Positions 8,701 through 18,219 are shown, counted from the stretch's first letter. The stretch is DNA of 64,000 nt from Kiloniellaceae bacterium (GCA_046758005.1 JBHHZJ010000004.1:2766-66765); one strand, 5' to 3'. Numbers and translations are program-made. Notes: generated by a model not told the origin, from the sequence alone.

Positions 8701-9444
8701 CAGCGCGCTGTCGTCGGCGCTGACCACCAAGCCGTCGTTGGTGATCGCGAGATGAACGGCGCGGTCGGCGGCAGGCGAGAGTTGGAAGTACTCGCGGTTC
8801 AGCCTCTCCAGGGATACCGTGAAGTAGATCAGGCCGGAGAATTTGTTGTTCGGATGGAGGCGGACCTTGCCCTGTACGGTATAGACCGGCTTGGCGATCA
8901 CCAGCATGTCGGTCGCATCGCGGTTCCGGCGGATGACCCGGAACGCGGACTTGCCGGTCATGCGGGCGCGCTCGAAAATCGGCGCCAGCTCGGCGCGCGT
9001 CGGCGCCTCGGCGGCTTCCGGGTACGCGTAGCGCAGCTCGTTGTCCTTATCCACGCGGAAGATGCCGTCCACCAACGACTTGTTCATCCGGTAGGCCCGG
9101 ATCATGTTGAGCAGGAGCTCGTTCTTGTGGAGGAACTGCACCTGCGGCATTTGCGAAAGGCTAAAGAGCCAGTCGTGCAGCTTGTCGAACTGTGAATTCA
9201 GTCGATAGGCGAAGTTGGTGACGTTGGTGAACTGACTCTCCTGGAACCCCCGCGTCTCGTATCTGATGAAGGCTTTGTCGTTGTGGTTGTTGATATACAG
9301 GATGACCATGCACAGCGCGGCGGCGAAGCCGACGATGGCGAGGACCTGCGCGATGATGTTCATGCGCGGGACGGCGCGGGACGGGCCACCGCCTTGGTTT
9401 CGCGCGGCTTCGGCCGGCGCCGGTTTCGTTGTCTCAGACGACAT
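5776..9444 (-). CDS. Hybrid sensor histidine kinase (TM, Cache-like periplasmic domain, TM, PAS, HisKA, HATPase_c, REC, REC, HPt)
   Basis: H-box MSHEIRTPMN, DTGIGI/GTGLGLAI, two receiver domains (ILIVDDN.., VLLAEDNPVN..) and a C-terminal HPt (AAHSLKSS). Start chosen at MSSETTKP (9444). Confidence 0.9.
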   Translation of the reverse strand: MSSETTKPAPAEAARNQGGGPSRAVPRMNIIAQVLAIVGFAAALCMVILYINNHNDKAFIRYETRGFQESQFTNVTNFAYRLNSQFDKLHDWLFSLSQMPQVQFLHKNELLLNMIRAYRMNKSLVDGIFRVDKDNELRYAYPEAAEAPTRAELAPIFERARMTGKSAFRVIRRNRDATDMLVIAKPVYTVQGKVRLHPNNKFSGLIYFTVSLERLNREYFQLSPAADRAVHLAITNDGLVVSADDSALVGKTVDELLPATLSRAEKDGFLAVVDRMSKGEKGTGSFPHRRRATVLSGGLTSTTGPDDEPYLLSAKQEDARGRDDLVQKSGAQIREKPGTDLIAFAPLDLQGSVWSVALINPREDVTRLIDRAIGERWLNSFALLATVITMTLIIVVVLKRNYQLQMQEIEEGQQAVKEAEAKYRALVENSSDAIVILAPRGETIYHNPGYTKLLGSADSEGAPVRFFDAIIPEHRSRALEYYNRQWWSEGPAEHLDLGLRTRDGRDLNAEIVMRPIQYQGGAASMVVLHDTTERKRVEAALRQAKEEADAASSAKGEFLARMSHEIRTPMNGVIGVTELLLDTPLSDKQRMFVDTIRRSGHALLRVINDILDFSKIEAGKLDLETIDFDLLETVEDVAELLAQRANAKGLELACHVPVGVPTALRGDPHRLRQALTNLVGNAIKFTAHGEVVTDVSVASETEGSALLRFEVRDTGIGITPEARTLVFEPFSQADDATTRKHGGTGLGLAITKKLVEMMGGEVRVESEPGQGSVFWFTARFEKQADTARRPIPLNGDLRGLRILIVDDNATNRGIVQELVTAWGMVGDIAENGHDATDALHDGVARGRPYDLVLLDYDMPDGDGLSVARRIRQNRALSDTPIIMLSAAGGEDDPQIAMEAGVDSWLPKPVRQSALYDRIVQAMVAVGRVSTSGPTCGTAPVRAEQPFNAHVLLAEDNPVNQLVAKETLALLGCRVDIVDNGRMAVDALAVGSYDIVLMDIQMPVLDGFDATAEIRAREQARVAPKHIPIIALTANAMKGERERCLAAGMDDYLSKPFTPVQLRAVLEKWITRKDAPVPLRPAEGGRQGAAPGPARAAQREPGPSVLDRSALEGIRALQRDGAPDTLVKVVGVYLEHSPRLLETIERAVAARDAEGLCNAAHSLKSSTANVGATELAALCKELEAMGREHRLDGARGLLDQVRAQYALVCTALRAECESVAKSA

Positions 9445-9610
9445 GGTCCATCGGGTCCCACGCCGGATGCCGGCCCGGTCGGCGCAGCGGCGGGCCGCAA
9501 GCGGCCGAGACGACGCTCGACCGCTCGGCGGGCCCCGGATCGCCAACTCTCCGGGCGAACTTGGCTGCGCTATCGGGCCGCATGCCCCGGCCGCACCGTC
9601 GTGCCCGAAC

Positions 9611-10645
9611 CTACTGGAGGACGATCGTGGCGCTACTCAGCACGTTCGCGGGAAACTCGTAACTGAGCGTGTCAGCGCTGCCCATGTTGAGGATGACGTC
9701 GGGCTCGGGGATGTACTCGAACCCGATCCGCACCGGATCCGCGCGCTCGCGCAGAATGCGCGCGGCCATTCCGGTGGTCTGCCGGCCCAGGTCGTAGGTG
9801 TCGGCGTATAAAGCGGCGAGGGCGCCGTTCTCCACGCCCTGTTTGTTCATCGACACGATCGGGACCTTGCGCGGGTTCATCACGTCGAGCACCAGTTCGA
9901 GGTTGGCGTACACCAGCCGGTTGGTGGGAATGACGACGAGGTCGACCTTCGCCTCGACAAGGCGCTTGGCCGCGGCTCCCAGCTCGGACTTCGCCGTCAC
10001 GCCGACCGAGACGAACTCCAGCCCCATGGCTTCGCAGGCTTCGCGCATGAACGGCTCTTCCGCCAGGTAGCCGGCCGGGTTCCGGGTGTCGAAGATCATG
10101 CCGATCTTCTTCGCCTTCGGGAAAAGCATGCGGTACAGCCTCAACTGTTTTCTGGCGTCGACGTAGTAGCTCGTACCGGTCAGTCGCGTCCCCGCGCCGC
10201 CGTTGTCGTCGCCGACGCCGAGGCTGGCGGGATGGTTGATCACCGTGGCTATGACCGGCGTTTTCAAGTTCAAGGCCTTGGCGATCTTGGTTCCCGCCGA
10301 GGACAGCGAGTAGATCAAGTCGAGGCCCATGCCATCCAGCTTGCGCAGGTTCTCCCTGGCCATGCTCTCGTCGCGGCCGGATTCCAGGATGACCGGTTCG
10401 AAACGAATGCCTTCGAGCTGGAGCCCGTCCATGATCCCGGCCATCGCCTCTTCATAGATCTTGCCAGGCTTCCACAAGTGGAAGCCGATGCGGTAGACGC
10501 CGTCCTCGTGTTGCCCGGCGCCCGGAGCGTCCCGGGTGGCCGCATGCGCCGGCGGCGTCGCGACGCCTGCAGCCATGATCCAAAAAAGCGAGATTGCCAT
10601 CAGGCGATGCGCCAACACGGCGGCCAACGAAAGTCTGGATCTCAT
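9611..10645 (-). CDS. ABC-transporter-type periplasmic substrate-binding protein (PF04392-like), likely a co-sensor for the adjacent kinase
   Basis: Signal peptide, periplasmic-binding-fold sequence, SD GAGGAG before the ATG at 10645. Lies immediately upstream of the hybrid kinase on the same strand. Confidence 0.8.
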   Translation of the reverse strand: MRSRLSLAAVLAHRLMAISLFWIMAAGVATPPAHAATRDAPGAGQHEDGVYRIGFHLWKPGKIYEEAMAGIMDGLQLEGIRFEPVILESGRDESMARENLRKLDGMGLDLIYSLSSAGTKIAKALNLKTPVIATVINHPASLGVGDDNGGAGTRLTGTSYYVDARKQLRLYRMLFPKAKKIGMIFDTRNPAGYLAEEPFMREACEAMGLEFVSVGVTAKSELGAAAKRLVEAKVDLVVIPTNRLVYANLELVLDVMNPRKVPIVSMNKQGVENGALAALYADTYDLGRQTTGMAARILRERADPVRIGFEYIPEPDVILNMGSADTLSYEFPANVLSSATIVLQ

Positions 10646-10705
10646 GGTCTTCTCCTCAAGCAACGAAGGGGACGAATAAGCGCCCGCTCGATGGGTCGGG
10701 CGTCC

Positions 10706-11521
10706 TCATGCGGCGGCGGTCGCCTCGGCCCGTTCCGAGGCGACCGGGTTCGACAGAATTCCGATCTTCTCGACCTCGACCTCGACCACGTCCCCGGGCC
10801 GGAGAAACACCGGCGGAACCCTGGCGAAGCCGGCGCCCGGCGGCGTGCCCGTCAGAATTACCGTGCCCGGCAGGAGCGTGGTGTCCTGGCTGAGGTAGCT
10901 CACCAGCCTGGCAACCGGAAAGATCATGTCCGCGGTGTTGCCGTGCTGCATCACGGCGCCGTTGAGCGTCGTGCGGAGGGCCAGGTTCTGTGGGTCCGGA
11001 ATCTCGTCCGCGGTGACCACCGCCGGGCCGAGCGGGCAAAACCGGTCGAAGCACTTGCCGCGGGTGCGGGAGACCTTCGCCCACTTGCGCGCGGTCAGCT
11101 CGTTCGCGACGGTGTAGCCGAACACGTACCGCAGCGCCTCGCGCTCCGGGACGTCGCGCGCGGGGCGGCCGATCACGACGGCCAGCTCGCACTCGTAGTC
11201 CACCTCCGGCCCCTGCCGGCAGCACTTGGGCACCAGGATCGCCTCGCCCGGGTTGGCGATCGCCGTCGTGGGCTTCATGAACACGATCGGGTGGTCGGGG
11301 ACCTCGAGCCCCATTTGCCGGGCGTGCTCGCGGTAATTGAGGCCGACGCCGTAGACGTTGGGCGGCGCGACCGGGGCCAGCAGGGCGCGGGCCGCGGCCC
11401 TCCGGCCCGACGGCCGCATCTCGGTGAACGGATCGCCGTCCAGCAATTCCGCGATCCCGTCGCCCAGGTCCTCGCCGAGACGCGTCTGGCCGGCCTCATC
11501 GACAAAGCGAATGATTCGCAT
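10706..11521 (-). CDS. Fumarylacetoacetate hydrolase (FAH) family protein
   Basis: GVGLNYREHA, ECELAVVIG and TGTPPG motifs typical of the FAH/2-keto-4-pentenoate hydratase fold. Confidence 0.9.
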   Translation of the reverse strand: MRIIRFVDEAGQTRLGEDLGDGIAELLDGDPFTEMRPSGRRAAARALLAPVAPPNVYGVGLNYREHARQMGLEVPDHPIVFMKPTTAIANPGEAILVPKCCRQGPEVDYECELAVVIGRPARDVPEREALRYVFGYTVANELTARKWAKVSRTRGKCFDRFCPLGPAVVTADEIPDPQNLALRTTLNGAVMQHGNTADMIFPVARLVSYLSQDTTLLPGTVILTGTPPGAGFARVPPVFLRPGDVVEVEVEKIGILSNPVASERAEATAAA

Positions 11522-11597
11522 CAGGGTTCCTCTCGTCTGCGAAGTCCGATTTGCCCAACCGCGCGCATGCAGGCCGACACCCGGGCGGGATGCTCCC

Positions 11598-12530
11598 TCA
11601 CCCGAAGTAGAAGTTCACGCCCCACAGAACGATCGGGATCGTGGTCAGACCGATCAGCGTGGAGGCAAAGACGGTCGGCGCCACGAGGTCCGGGCGCTGG
11701 TTGTATTTCTGGGCCAGCAGGTAAATGCCGAGGGCAGCCGGCATCGAGCCGTTGAGGATCAGGACCTTCATGGTCAGCAGGTCGCCCGGCGTATCGCCGA
11801 TCAGCCCGGTCTTGAGCAGGACGACGACGAACAGGGTCGCAACGAACAGGCCGCCGAAGATCCGCAGCGCCCCGGCGCTGAGCGCCGAGCCGATCCGAGT
11901 CCAGTCGACGCTCTTCAGGGAGTAGCCCAGCATCAGGACCAGGACGGGCAGGGCGGCGTTGCCCAGGAACTCGACGCCGCGCAGGGCGAACTCGGGAAGC
12001 TGAATGTGAAAGATCCAGATCAGCGTGCCCGCGATCGACGCATAGAGGAACGGCATCTTGAGGATCGTCATGATGCTCAGGTTGCGCCCGACGAGAAACA
12101 CGCCCAGCGTGTACATCAAGGACGTGTTCACGACCTGGAACAGGACCCCGCGAAGAAAGCCGTCGTAGCCGAATGCGAAGTAATCCAGCGACAACGCCAA
12201 GTTGCCGGCATTGATGAACATGACGGTCGGGTAGAGAATCTTGAGATCCTTCTGACCCGTCAAATGCAGGTACGCCGTGACGAGAATGCCGGTTCCCACG
12301 ATGATGAAAATGGTTCCCGCGCCGGTGATGGCGAACTCCCGCGCAAGGAACGGCGTGTCCCATTTGTGCACCAACGCGGAGAAAATGAGCGTCGGCAAGG
12401 TGAAATACATCGTGATATCGGTGGCGAACTTCAGGTCATAGTTCGTCTTCCGGCCAATTAAGTAGCCGAGAAGTACAATAAGAAACACCGGAATGATGGC
12501 CGGCAGGACATTATCTAAAAGAATTTCCAT
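11598..12530 (-). CDS. AEC (auxin efflux carrier) family transporter
   Basis: Polytopic membrane protein beginning MEILLDNVLPAIIPVFLIVLLGY. Start moved to the ATG at 12530. Confidence 0.85.
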   Translation of the reverse strand: MEILLDNVLPAIIPVFLIVLLGYLIGRKTNYDLKFATDITMYFTLPTLIFSALVHKWDTPFLAREFAITGAGTIFIIVGTGILVTAYLHLTGQKDLKILYPTVMFINAGNLALSLDYFAFGYDGFLRGVLFQVVNTSLMYTLGVFLVGRNLSIMTILKMPFLYASIAGTLIWIFHIQLPEFALRGVEFLGNAALPVLVLMLGYSLKSVDWTRIGSALSAGALRIFGGLFVATLFVVVLLKTGLIGDTPGDLLTMKVLILNGSMPAALGIYLLAQKYNQRPDLVAPTVFASTLIGLTTIPIVLWGVNFYFG

Positions 12531-13129
12531 CCCTGACACCACGCTTGTTAAGTTAGCGTTATTGAAGATCGACCGAGCGTTTTGGCTTGATTGGCGCGTT
12601 TGTAACCCGATAATCATTAAGAAGCGTTTAATTTGCTATTATTTACCAAGAACTTTGCAGAATAAAACTGCGCGTTATTAACCAAACCGCGCCGCCGGCA
12701 AGATCGTCGCGACCGCGTCCGGTCGCCTGCCACGCCCGGAGGCGGCCCCGCCGCGGCCGGAGGCGTCCGGGGACGTCAGCGCCGCGGGCCGCGCTTGGAG
12801 GGGCCGGTATAACTCGGCCGCGGGCACGGTCGGGACAAATTGGATCAAATTTTTCTAAATTAAAAAACAAATAAATAGCAAATATAAATGCGTATTTTCC
12901 AAATTATGCGAAAAACGTTCTTGAAAAAATCAGAAAGTATGTTGTACCATTCTGATGAAATCGATCGGACCCAAGACACCGCAGAGAGGGACAGTCCCCA
13001 TGGCCTACCGCGACCTCGACCCCAGCGTTGGCAGCCGCGACCTTCCGGAGCATCCGTTGGAAGGGCCGTTTCCGACCGACTGACGCTTCGCAGCCGCAAC
13101 GGACCATTGTTCGTAAGGAGGAGGCCAAC

Positions 13130-13276
13130 ATGACCAAGGCAGAGGAACTGCGTCGAACCTACGAGGCCAACGTCGCCTGCGGCGACATCGGCGAGGCCGC
13201 GGAGGCCCGCATGCTGGCCGAAATCGCCGCGGTGGAGGCCGAGGAGTACACGGCGGAGTCGGCGGCCGCCGCCTGA
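13130..13276 (+). CDS. 48-aa acidic helical mini-protein, hypothetical
   Basis: Strong SD AAGGAGGAGG 6-15 nt upstream of the ATG. Translates MTKAEELRRTYEANVACGDIGEAAEARMLAEIAAVEAEEYTAESAAAA. Confidence 0.4.
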   Translation: MTKAEELRRTYEANVACGDIGEAAEARMLAEIAAVEAEEYTAESAAAA

Positions 13277-13604
13277 GCTCGGGGCAAGGCGCGGCGGAGC
13301 CTGGCGATCGGAACTTGAAGGAGTCCGCCTCGGCGGCGGCGCCGGGAGGGCGGTTTCGGAAGGGGCCGAGGGAAGGGGTCAGGAACCTGAACCAGGCGCT
13401 CGCCGGACATCCCGGTGAGCGCCCATTTTCTTGCCGTGGCGACGGCGGGCCAGGCCACGGCCTCAGCCTCGCGCGCAGGTCCGGCCCGTCGCCCCTTGGG
13501 AATCCGGGCCCGGCCGCGGAAAGTTCCCGCGACGCAGGGGTCGCGCCAAGCGGGGCGGCGGTCGAGGAATTGCCTGTCGGGGGCCGTAAAGGGTATGAGG
13601 CATC

Positions 13605-14459
13605 ATGCTCTTCGTCCTCTCCAAGGTGTTCTGGACGGTGTTCAACCCCGGAACCCTCCTCGTCGTATTCACGGTTTGCGGCGCCCTCGCCCTGCTCGCG
13701 CCGTGGCGACGGGTGCGCGGCGCGGGCCGCGCGGTCCTGGCGCTTGCGCTTCTGGCGATGCTGGCGATCGCGATCCTTCCGCTCGGGACGTGGCTGCTGG
13801 CGCCGTTGGAGGACCGTTTCCCGTCTCCGGACCGACTTCCGGCCCAGGTGGACGGCATCATCGTGCTCGGCGGCGCGCTCGACCTGCGCCGGTCCGCGGC
13901 GCGAAACGCGGCGGAATTGAACGAGCACGCCGACCGGATGACCGCCTTCGCCGCCCTGGCGCGGCGCTACCCGGACGCCAGGCTCGTCTTCGCTGGCGGG
14001 TCCGGCCTGCTCACCGACCAGGAGCACCGCGAGAGCGACTTCGCGCTGGGCCTGCTCGCCGCGCTCGGGATCGGGCCGCAACGCCTCGCGTTCGAGCGAG
14101 AGTCGCGCAACACCCACGAGAACGCGCTCTATTCCAAGGAAATGGTCCGTCCGCAGGCGGGCGAGGCCTGGCTGCTGGTGACCTCGGCCTTTCACATGCC
14201 GCGCGCCGTGGGCGCGTTCCGGCGCGTGGGTTGGGACGTGACGCCGTATCCCGTGGATTTCCTCACCGGCGGCCGCGCCGAGGCGGATCTCGGCTTCGAG
14301 TTCACGCGCAGCCTGGCCCTGGTCACGCTCGGCCTCCACGAATGGATCGGGCTTATCGTGTACCGCGTTCTCGGCTGGAGCGACCGCGTGTTCCCGGCGC
14401 CGGAACACCGCCTCGACGCCTTCGCCGGCCCGGCGCGCGGCCGAATTAAGCCCGGTTAA
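13605..14459 (+). CDS. YdcF/ElyC (DUF218) family protein
   Basis: N-terminal TM helices, then DGIIVLGG...ESRNTHENA...LVTSAFHMPRA, characteristic of DUF218. Confidence 0.85.
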   Translation: MLFVLSKVFWTVFNPGTLLVVFTVCGALALLAPWRRVRGAGRAVLALALLAMLAIAILPLGTWLLAPLEDRFPSPDRLPAQVDGIIVLGGALDLRRSAARNAAELNEHADRMTAFAALARRYPDARLVFAGGSGLLTDQEHRESDFALGLLAALGIGPQRLAFERESRNTHENALYSKEMVRPQAGEAWLLVTSAFHMPRAVGAFRRVGWDVTPYPVDFLTGGRAEADLGFEFTRSLALVTLGLHEWIGLIVYRVLGWSDRVFPAPEHRLDAFAGPARGRIKPG

Positions 14460-14622
14460 GAAATCCTTAACGACGTTCTGGCACATTTCGTGGGCCGCGC
14501 GAGGATCGAGCGTCCATCCCCGGGGGCAGTTCGCGCGTTGCGTGGGCGGGGGCCTCTGTGGCACAAGGATTCGAGCGCCGGGGGTGAGACACGTGCGATG
14601 GCTCGGACGCGGAGGCCGTTCG

Positions 14623-15864
14623 ATGGGACCGAGGGGAAGTTGGATCTCGCGAACCTTGTGTATTGGCCTTGCGGTGCTCTTCTTCGCCGTGGCGGGGCCG
14701 GCGGCGTCTGCAGAGCGGCCCGACTTCGCGGCGTGGCTCGAGGGCGTGAAACACGATGCCGCCGCGGCCGGCATCTCCCGGGCCACCATCGAATCCGCAC
14801 TGAGCGGCCTCGAACCCATCGAGCGGGTGCTCGAGCTCGACCGGCGCCAGCCGGAGTTCACGCAAACCTTTTGGACGTACTTGGACAAGCGGGTCACCGC
14901 GAAACGGGTCGAACGGGCACGCCGGCTTCTGGCCCGACACCGGGCGCTGCTCGCGAAGGTCGCCACGCGCTACGGCGTTCAGCCGCGCTTCCTGGTGGCC
15001 TTCTGGGGCCTGGAGAGCAACTTCGGCGAGTACACGGGCGGCTTTCCCGTGATCGCCGCGCTGGCGACGCTGGCCTACGACGCGCGGCGCGGCGAATTCT
15101 TTCGCGCCCAGCTGCTCGACGCCCTCAGGATCGTCGACCAGGGCCACGTGACGCCGGCGGGCATGCAAGGCTCCTGGGCGGGCGCGGTGGGGCAGGTCCA
15201 GTTCATTCCCTCGACCTTCGTGCGCTACGCCGTCGACTTCGACGGCGACGGCCGGCGCGACCTGTGGAACAGCCTGCCGGACGTGTTCGCCTCGGCGGCG
15301 AACTATTTGAGCGCGATCGGCTGGCGCGGCGGCGAGACCTGGGGCAGGGAGGTGCGGCTGCCGCCCGGGTTCGACTGGGAGCAGGCGAACCTGGAGGTGC
15401 GCAAGCCGCTCGCGGAGTGGCAGCGGCTCGGCGTGCGGCGCATGGACGGCAGAGATCTGCCGCGGGCCGACATGACGGGCGCGGTCGTCCTGCCGGCGGG
15501 GCACAAGGGCCCGGCCTTCCTTGTCTATCGCAACTTCGACGCCATCCTCGCCTGGAACCGGTCGATCCTCTACGCCCTGGCGGTGGGCCACCTTGCCGAC
15601 CGGATCGCGGGCGCGGCGCCGCTGATGTCCCGCCGGCCGCCCATGGAACAGCCGCTCAGCCGTTCCCAGATCGAGGAACTGCAGAGCCTGCTCGGGTCGC
15701 TCGGTTTCGACCCGGGCACGCCGGACGGCGTGGTCGGCTCCCGGACCCGCGCCGCCCTCAAGGCCTACCAGCGCCAAGCCCAACTCGCGCCCGACGGCTA
15801 TCCGACCGCGGAACTGTTGCAGGGATTGCGCCAACGCGCGGAACGTCAGGCGCAGTCGAACTGA
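14623..15864 (+). CDS. Lytic murein transglycosylase (MltB-type) with a C-terminal peptidoglycan-binding domain
   Basis: FWGLESNFG catalytic-Glu block, GQVQFIPSTF, and a C-terminal PG_binding_1-like LGFDPGTPDGVVGSRTRAALKAYQ. SD GGAGG before the ATG at 14623. Confidence 0.9.
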   Translation: MGPRGSWISRTLCIGLAVLFFAVAGPAASAERPDFAAWLEGVKHDAAAAGISRATIESALSGLEPIERVLELDRRQPEFTQTFWTYLDKRVTAKRVERARRLLARHRALLAKVATRYGVQPRFLVAFWGLESNFGEYTGGFPVIAALATLAYDARRGEFFRAQLLDALRIVDQGHVTPAGMQGSWAGAVGQVQFIPSTFVRYAVDFDGDGRRDLWNSLPDVFASAANYLSAIGWRGGETWGREVRLPPGFDWEQANLEVRKPLAEWQRLGVRRMDGRDLPRADMTGAVVLPAGHKGPAFLVYRNFDAILAWNRSILYALAVGHLADRIAGAAPLMSRRPPMEQPLSRSQIEELQSLLGSLGFDPGTPDGVVGSRTRAALKAYQRQAQLAPDGYPTAELLQGLRQRAERQAQSN

Positions 15865-15937
15865 CCTCGGCGTTGCCGCTGGAGAGCCTGTCCGGTAGAT
15901 TGGAAGATATACGGGCCTGTTACCGCGAACCCACAAG

Positions 15938-16918
15938 ATGATGATCCGACTCCGTACCAGACACCTCGTGCCGATCCTGCTCGCCGGTCTCGGTGTGCAC
16001 GGCTGCGCGGAGACCCAGTTGGCCGTATACACGGCCAAGCAGATCGCGCGGCCGGCCCCGCCGGCGGGCGACGGGGCCGGGGCTTACAAGGTCGGCAAGC
16101 CGTACCAGGTCCACGGCGTCTGGTACTATCCCAAGGCGGATTACGCCTACGAGGAGACCGGGATCGCCTCGTGGTACGGACCCGGCTTCGACGGCCGGCG
16201 CACCGCCAATGGCGAGACCTACGACGAGAACCGGCTGACCGCGGCCCATCGCACGCTGCCCATGCCGTCGATCGTTCGGGTCACCAACCTGGAGAACGGC
16301 CGCTCGATCGAGGTCCGCGTCAACGACCGCGGGCCCTTCAAGAACGGCCGGATCATCGACGTGTCGCGGCGCGCGGCCGATCTGCTCGGGTTCAGGCACA
16401 GCGGCACGGCCAAGGTCCGGGTCAAAATCGTCGAGGACGAAAGCCGGCGGCTCGCCACCATCGCGCTCGCGGGGGAGGCCGCCGCGCTGGCGCCCGATCC
16501 CGTGCCCACCGTGCCCGTGACGGCCGAGCCGCTGCACTCCGTCAACGGCGTCGCCCGGCCGACCCAGGCCTCCACCCCGGCCGCCAGCCAGACCGCGGCA
16601 GCGGTGCCGCGCCGGCCGGTCGCCACGGTGCGGCCACCGGCGATCCCGCCCGCGCCGGACGGGACCGTCACCACCGTGCCCGTGGGTCCCAGCGCGATCT
16701 ATGTTCAGGCCGGGGCCTTCACCCGGTTCGATTACGCCAACCGCCTGCGCGCGCGACTTTCCGGCCTCGGCGCCGTGGGAATCGCCGAGGCCGTGGTGGC
16801 CGACAGGCGCTTTTACCGGGTCCGGATCGGCCCGGTGGGCTCCGTCGAGGCCGCCGACCGCCTGCTCGACCTCCTCATCGCGAACGGCCACGCCGGCGCG
16901 CGCGTGGTCGTGGACTGA
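15938..16918 (+). CDS. rlpA: Septal-ring lytic transglycosylase RlpA family lipoprotein with a SPOR domain
   Basis: Lipobox (GVHGC), a DPBB core GIASWYGPGFDGRRTANGE...VRVNDRGPF, a Pro/Ala linker and a C-terminal SPOR-like domain. Confidence 0.9.
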   Translation: MMIRLRTRHLVPILLAGLGVHGCAETQLAVYTAKQIARPAPPAGDGAGAYKVGKPYQVHGVWYYPKADYAYEETGIASWYGPGFDGRRTANGETYDENRLTAAHRTLPMPSIVRVTNLENGRSIEVRVNDRGPFKNGRIIDVSRRAADLLGFRHSGTAKVRVKIVEDESRRLATIALAGEAAALAPDPVPTVPVTAEPLHSVNGVARPTQASTPAASQTAAAVPRRPVATVRPPAIPPAPDGTVTTVPVGPSAIYVQAGAFTRFDYANRLRARLSGLGAVGIAEAVVADRRFYRVRIGPVGSVEAADRLLDLLIANGHAGARVVVD

Positions 16919-17070
16919 ACCGCCCTTTCGATCGTGCCTGACCGTTTCGCGCACCGCCGATCCCACTTGTGCCGATCAAGTTTCCGGCTACGTTTCCGGA
17001 CGGCCGTGGACATGCCGCCGGCGTCCCTGGCGTAGCCACTCCACTCACCCGATATGGATTGAAGCGACCG

Positions 17071-18219
17071 ATGAACGACCGGAGATTGCGCCTTACCTGC
17101 CTGGCCCTGCTGCTCGGTTTGCTCGTCGGCCTCGGTGCCGCGCCGCGGGCCGACGCCATCGAGACCAGGGCGCGCGAGGCCATCGTGCTCGACGCGGACA
17201 CCGGGACCGTGCTGCTCGAGAAGGAGGCGGACAAGCCCATGCCGCCCGCATCCATGAGCAAGATCATGACCATGTACCTGGTCTTCGAGCGCCTCAAGGA
17301 CGGACGGCTGTCGCTCGACGACGAGCTGCCGGTCAGCGAGAAGGCCTGGCGCAAGGGCGGCTCAAAAATGTTCGTCGAGGTCGGCAGCCGCGTGCGCGTC
17401 GAGGATCTTGTGCGCGGGGTCATCGTGCAGTCGGGCAACGACGCCTGCATCGTGCTGGCCGAAGGTCTGAGCGGCACCGAGGAAGCCTTCGCCGAGGAGA
17501 TGACCCGCAAGGCGCGTGCGATCGGGCTCGACAACAGCCGTTTCGCCAACGCCACCGGCTGGCCGGACCCGAACCACTGGATGACCGCGCGCGACCTCGC
17601 GCTGCTGGCGCAGCGCACGATCGAGGATTTTCCGGAGTACTACCACTACTACTCGGAGACCGAGTTCACCTGGAACGGCATTCGCCAGACCAACCGGAAT
17701 CCGTTGCTGTACAGGTCCCTCCGCGCGGACGGCCTCAAGACCGGCCACACCGAGGAGGCGGGCTACGGCCTGACCGCCTCGGCGGTGCAGGACGGGCGCC
17801 GGCTCATCCTCGTCGTCACCGGGCTAGGCAGCCAGAAGCAGCGCGCGGAGGAGTCGGCGCGGCTGCTCGGCTGGGCGTTCCGCGAGTTCGACAACTACGC
17901 CCTGTTCAAACCGGGCGAGGTCGTCGATGAGGCGAAGGTCTGGCTGGGCGAGACGAAGACCGTGCCGCTGGTGGTGCCCGAAGGGCTGACGGTCACCCTG
18001 TCGCGCAAGGCGCGCAACGGCATGCAGGTCAAGGTCGCCTACGAGGGGCCGATCCCGGCCCCGATCGAGCAGGGCCAGCGGGTCGCCACCCTCGTCGTGA
18101 CCGCACCGGACACCGATCCGGTCAAGGTGCCGCTGCAGGCGGGCGAGGCGGTGGGACGCCTCGGCGTCTTCGGGCGCCTCACCGCCGGGCTGAAGTTCCT
18201 CGTCTTCGGCGCGCCATGA
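17071..18219 (+). CDS. D-alanyl-D-alanine carboxypeptidase (PBP5/6 class)
   Basis: Signal peptide, SMSK active-site motif (ASMSKIMT), SGN (QSGND), KTG (LKTGHT). Confidence 0.9.
   Translation: MNDRRLRLTCLALLLGLLVGLGAAPRADAIETRAREAIVLDADTGTVLLEKEADKPMPPASMSKIMTMYLVFERLKDGRLSLDDELPVSEKAWRKGGSKMFVEVGSRVRVEDLVRGVIVQSGNDACIVLAEGLSGTEEAFAEEMTRKARAIGLDNSRFANATGWPDPNHWMTARDLALLAQRTIEDFPEYYHYYSETEFTWNGIRQTNRNPLLYRSLRADGLKTGHTEEAGYGLTASAVQDGRRLILVVTGLGSQKQRAEESARLLGWAFREFDNYALFKPGEVVDEAKVWLGETKTVPLVVPEGLTVTLSRKARNGMQVKVAYEGPIPAPIEQGQRVATLVVTAPDTDPVKVPLQAGEAVGRLGVFGRLTAGLKFLVFGAP

Noticed and set aside
13005-14966. 653-aa minus-strand ORF
   Set aside because: It is antisense to the YdcF/DUF218 and transglycosylase genes and has an Arg/Pro-rich artefactual composition.
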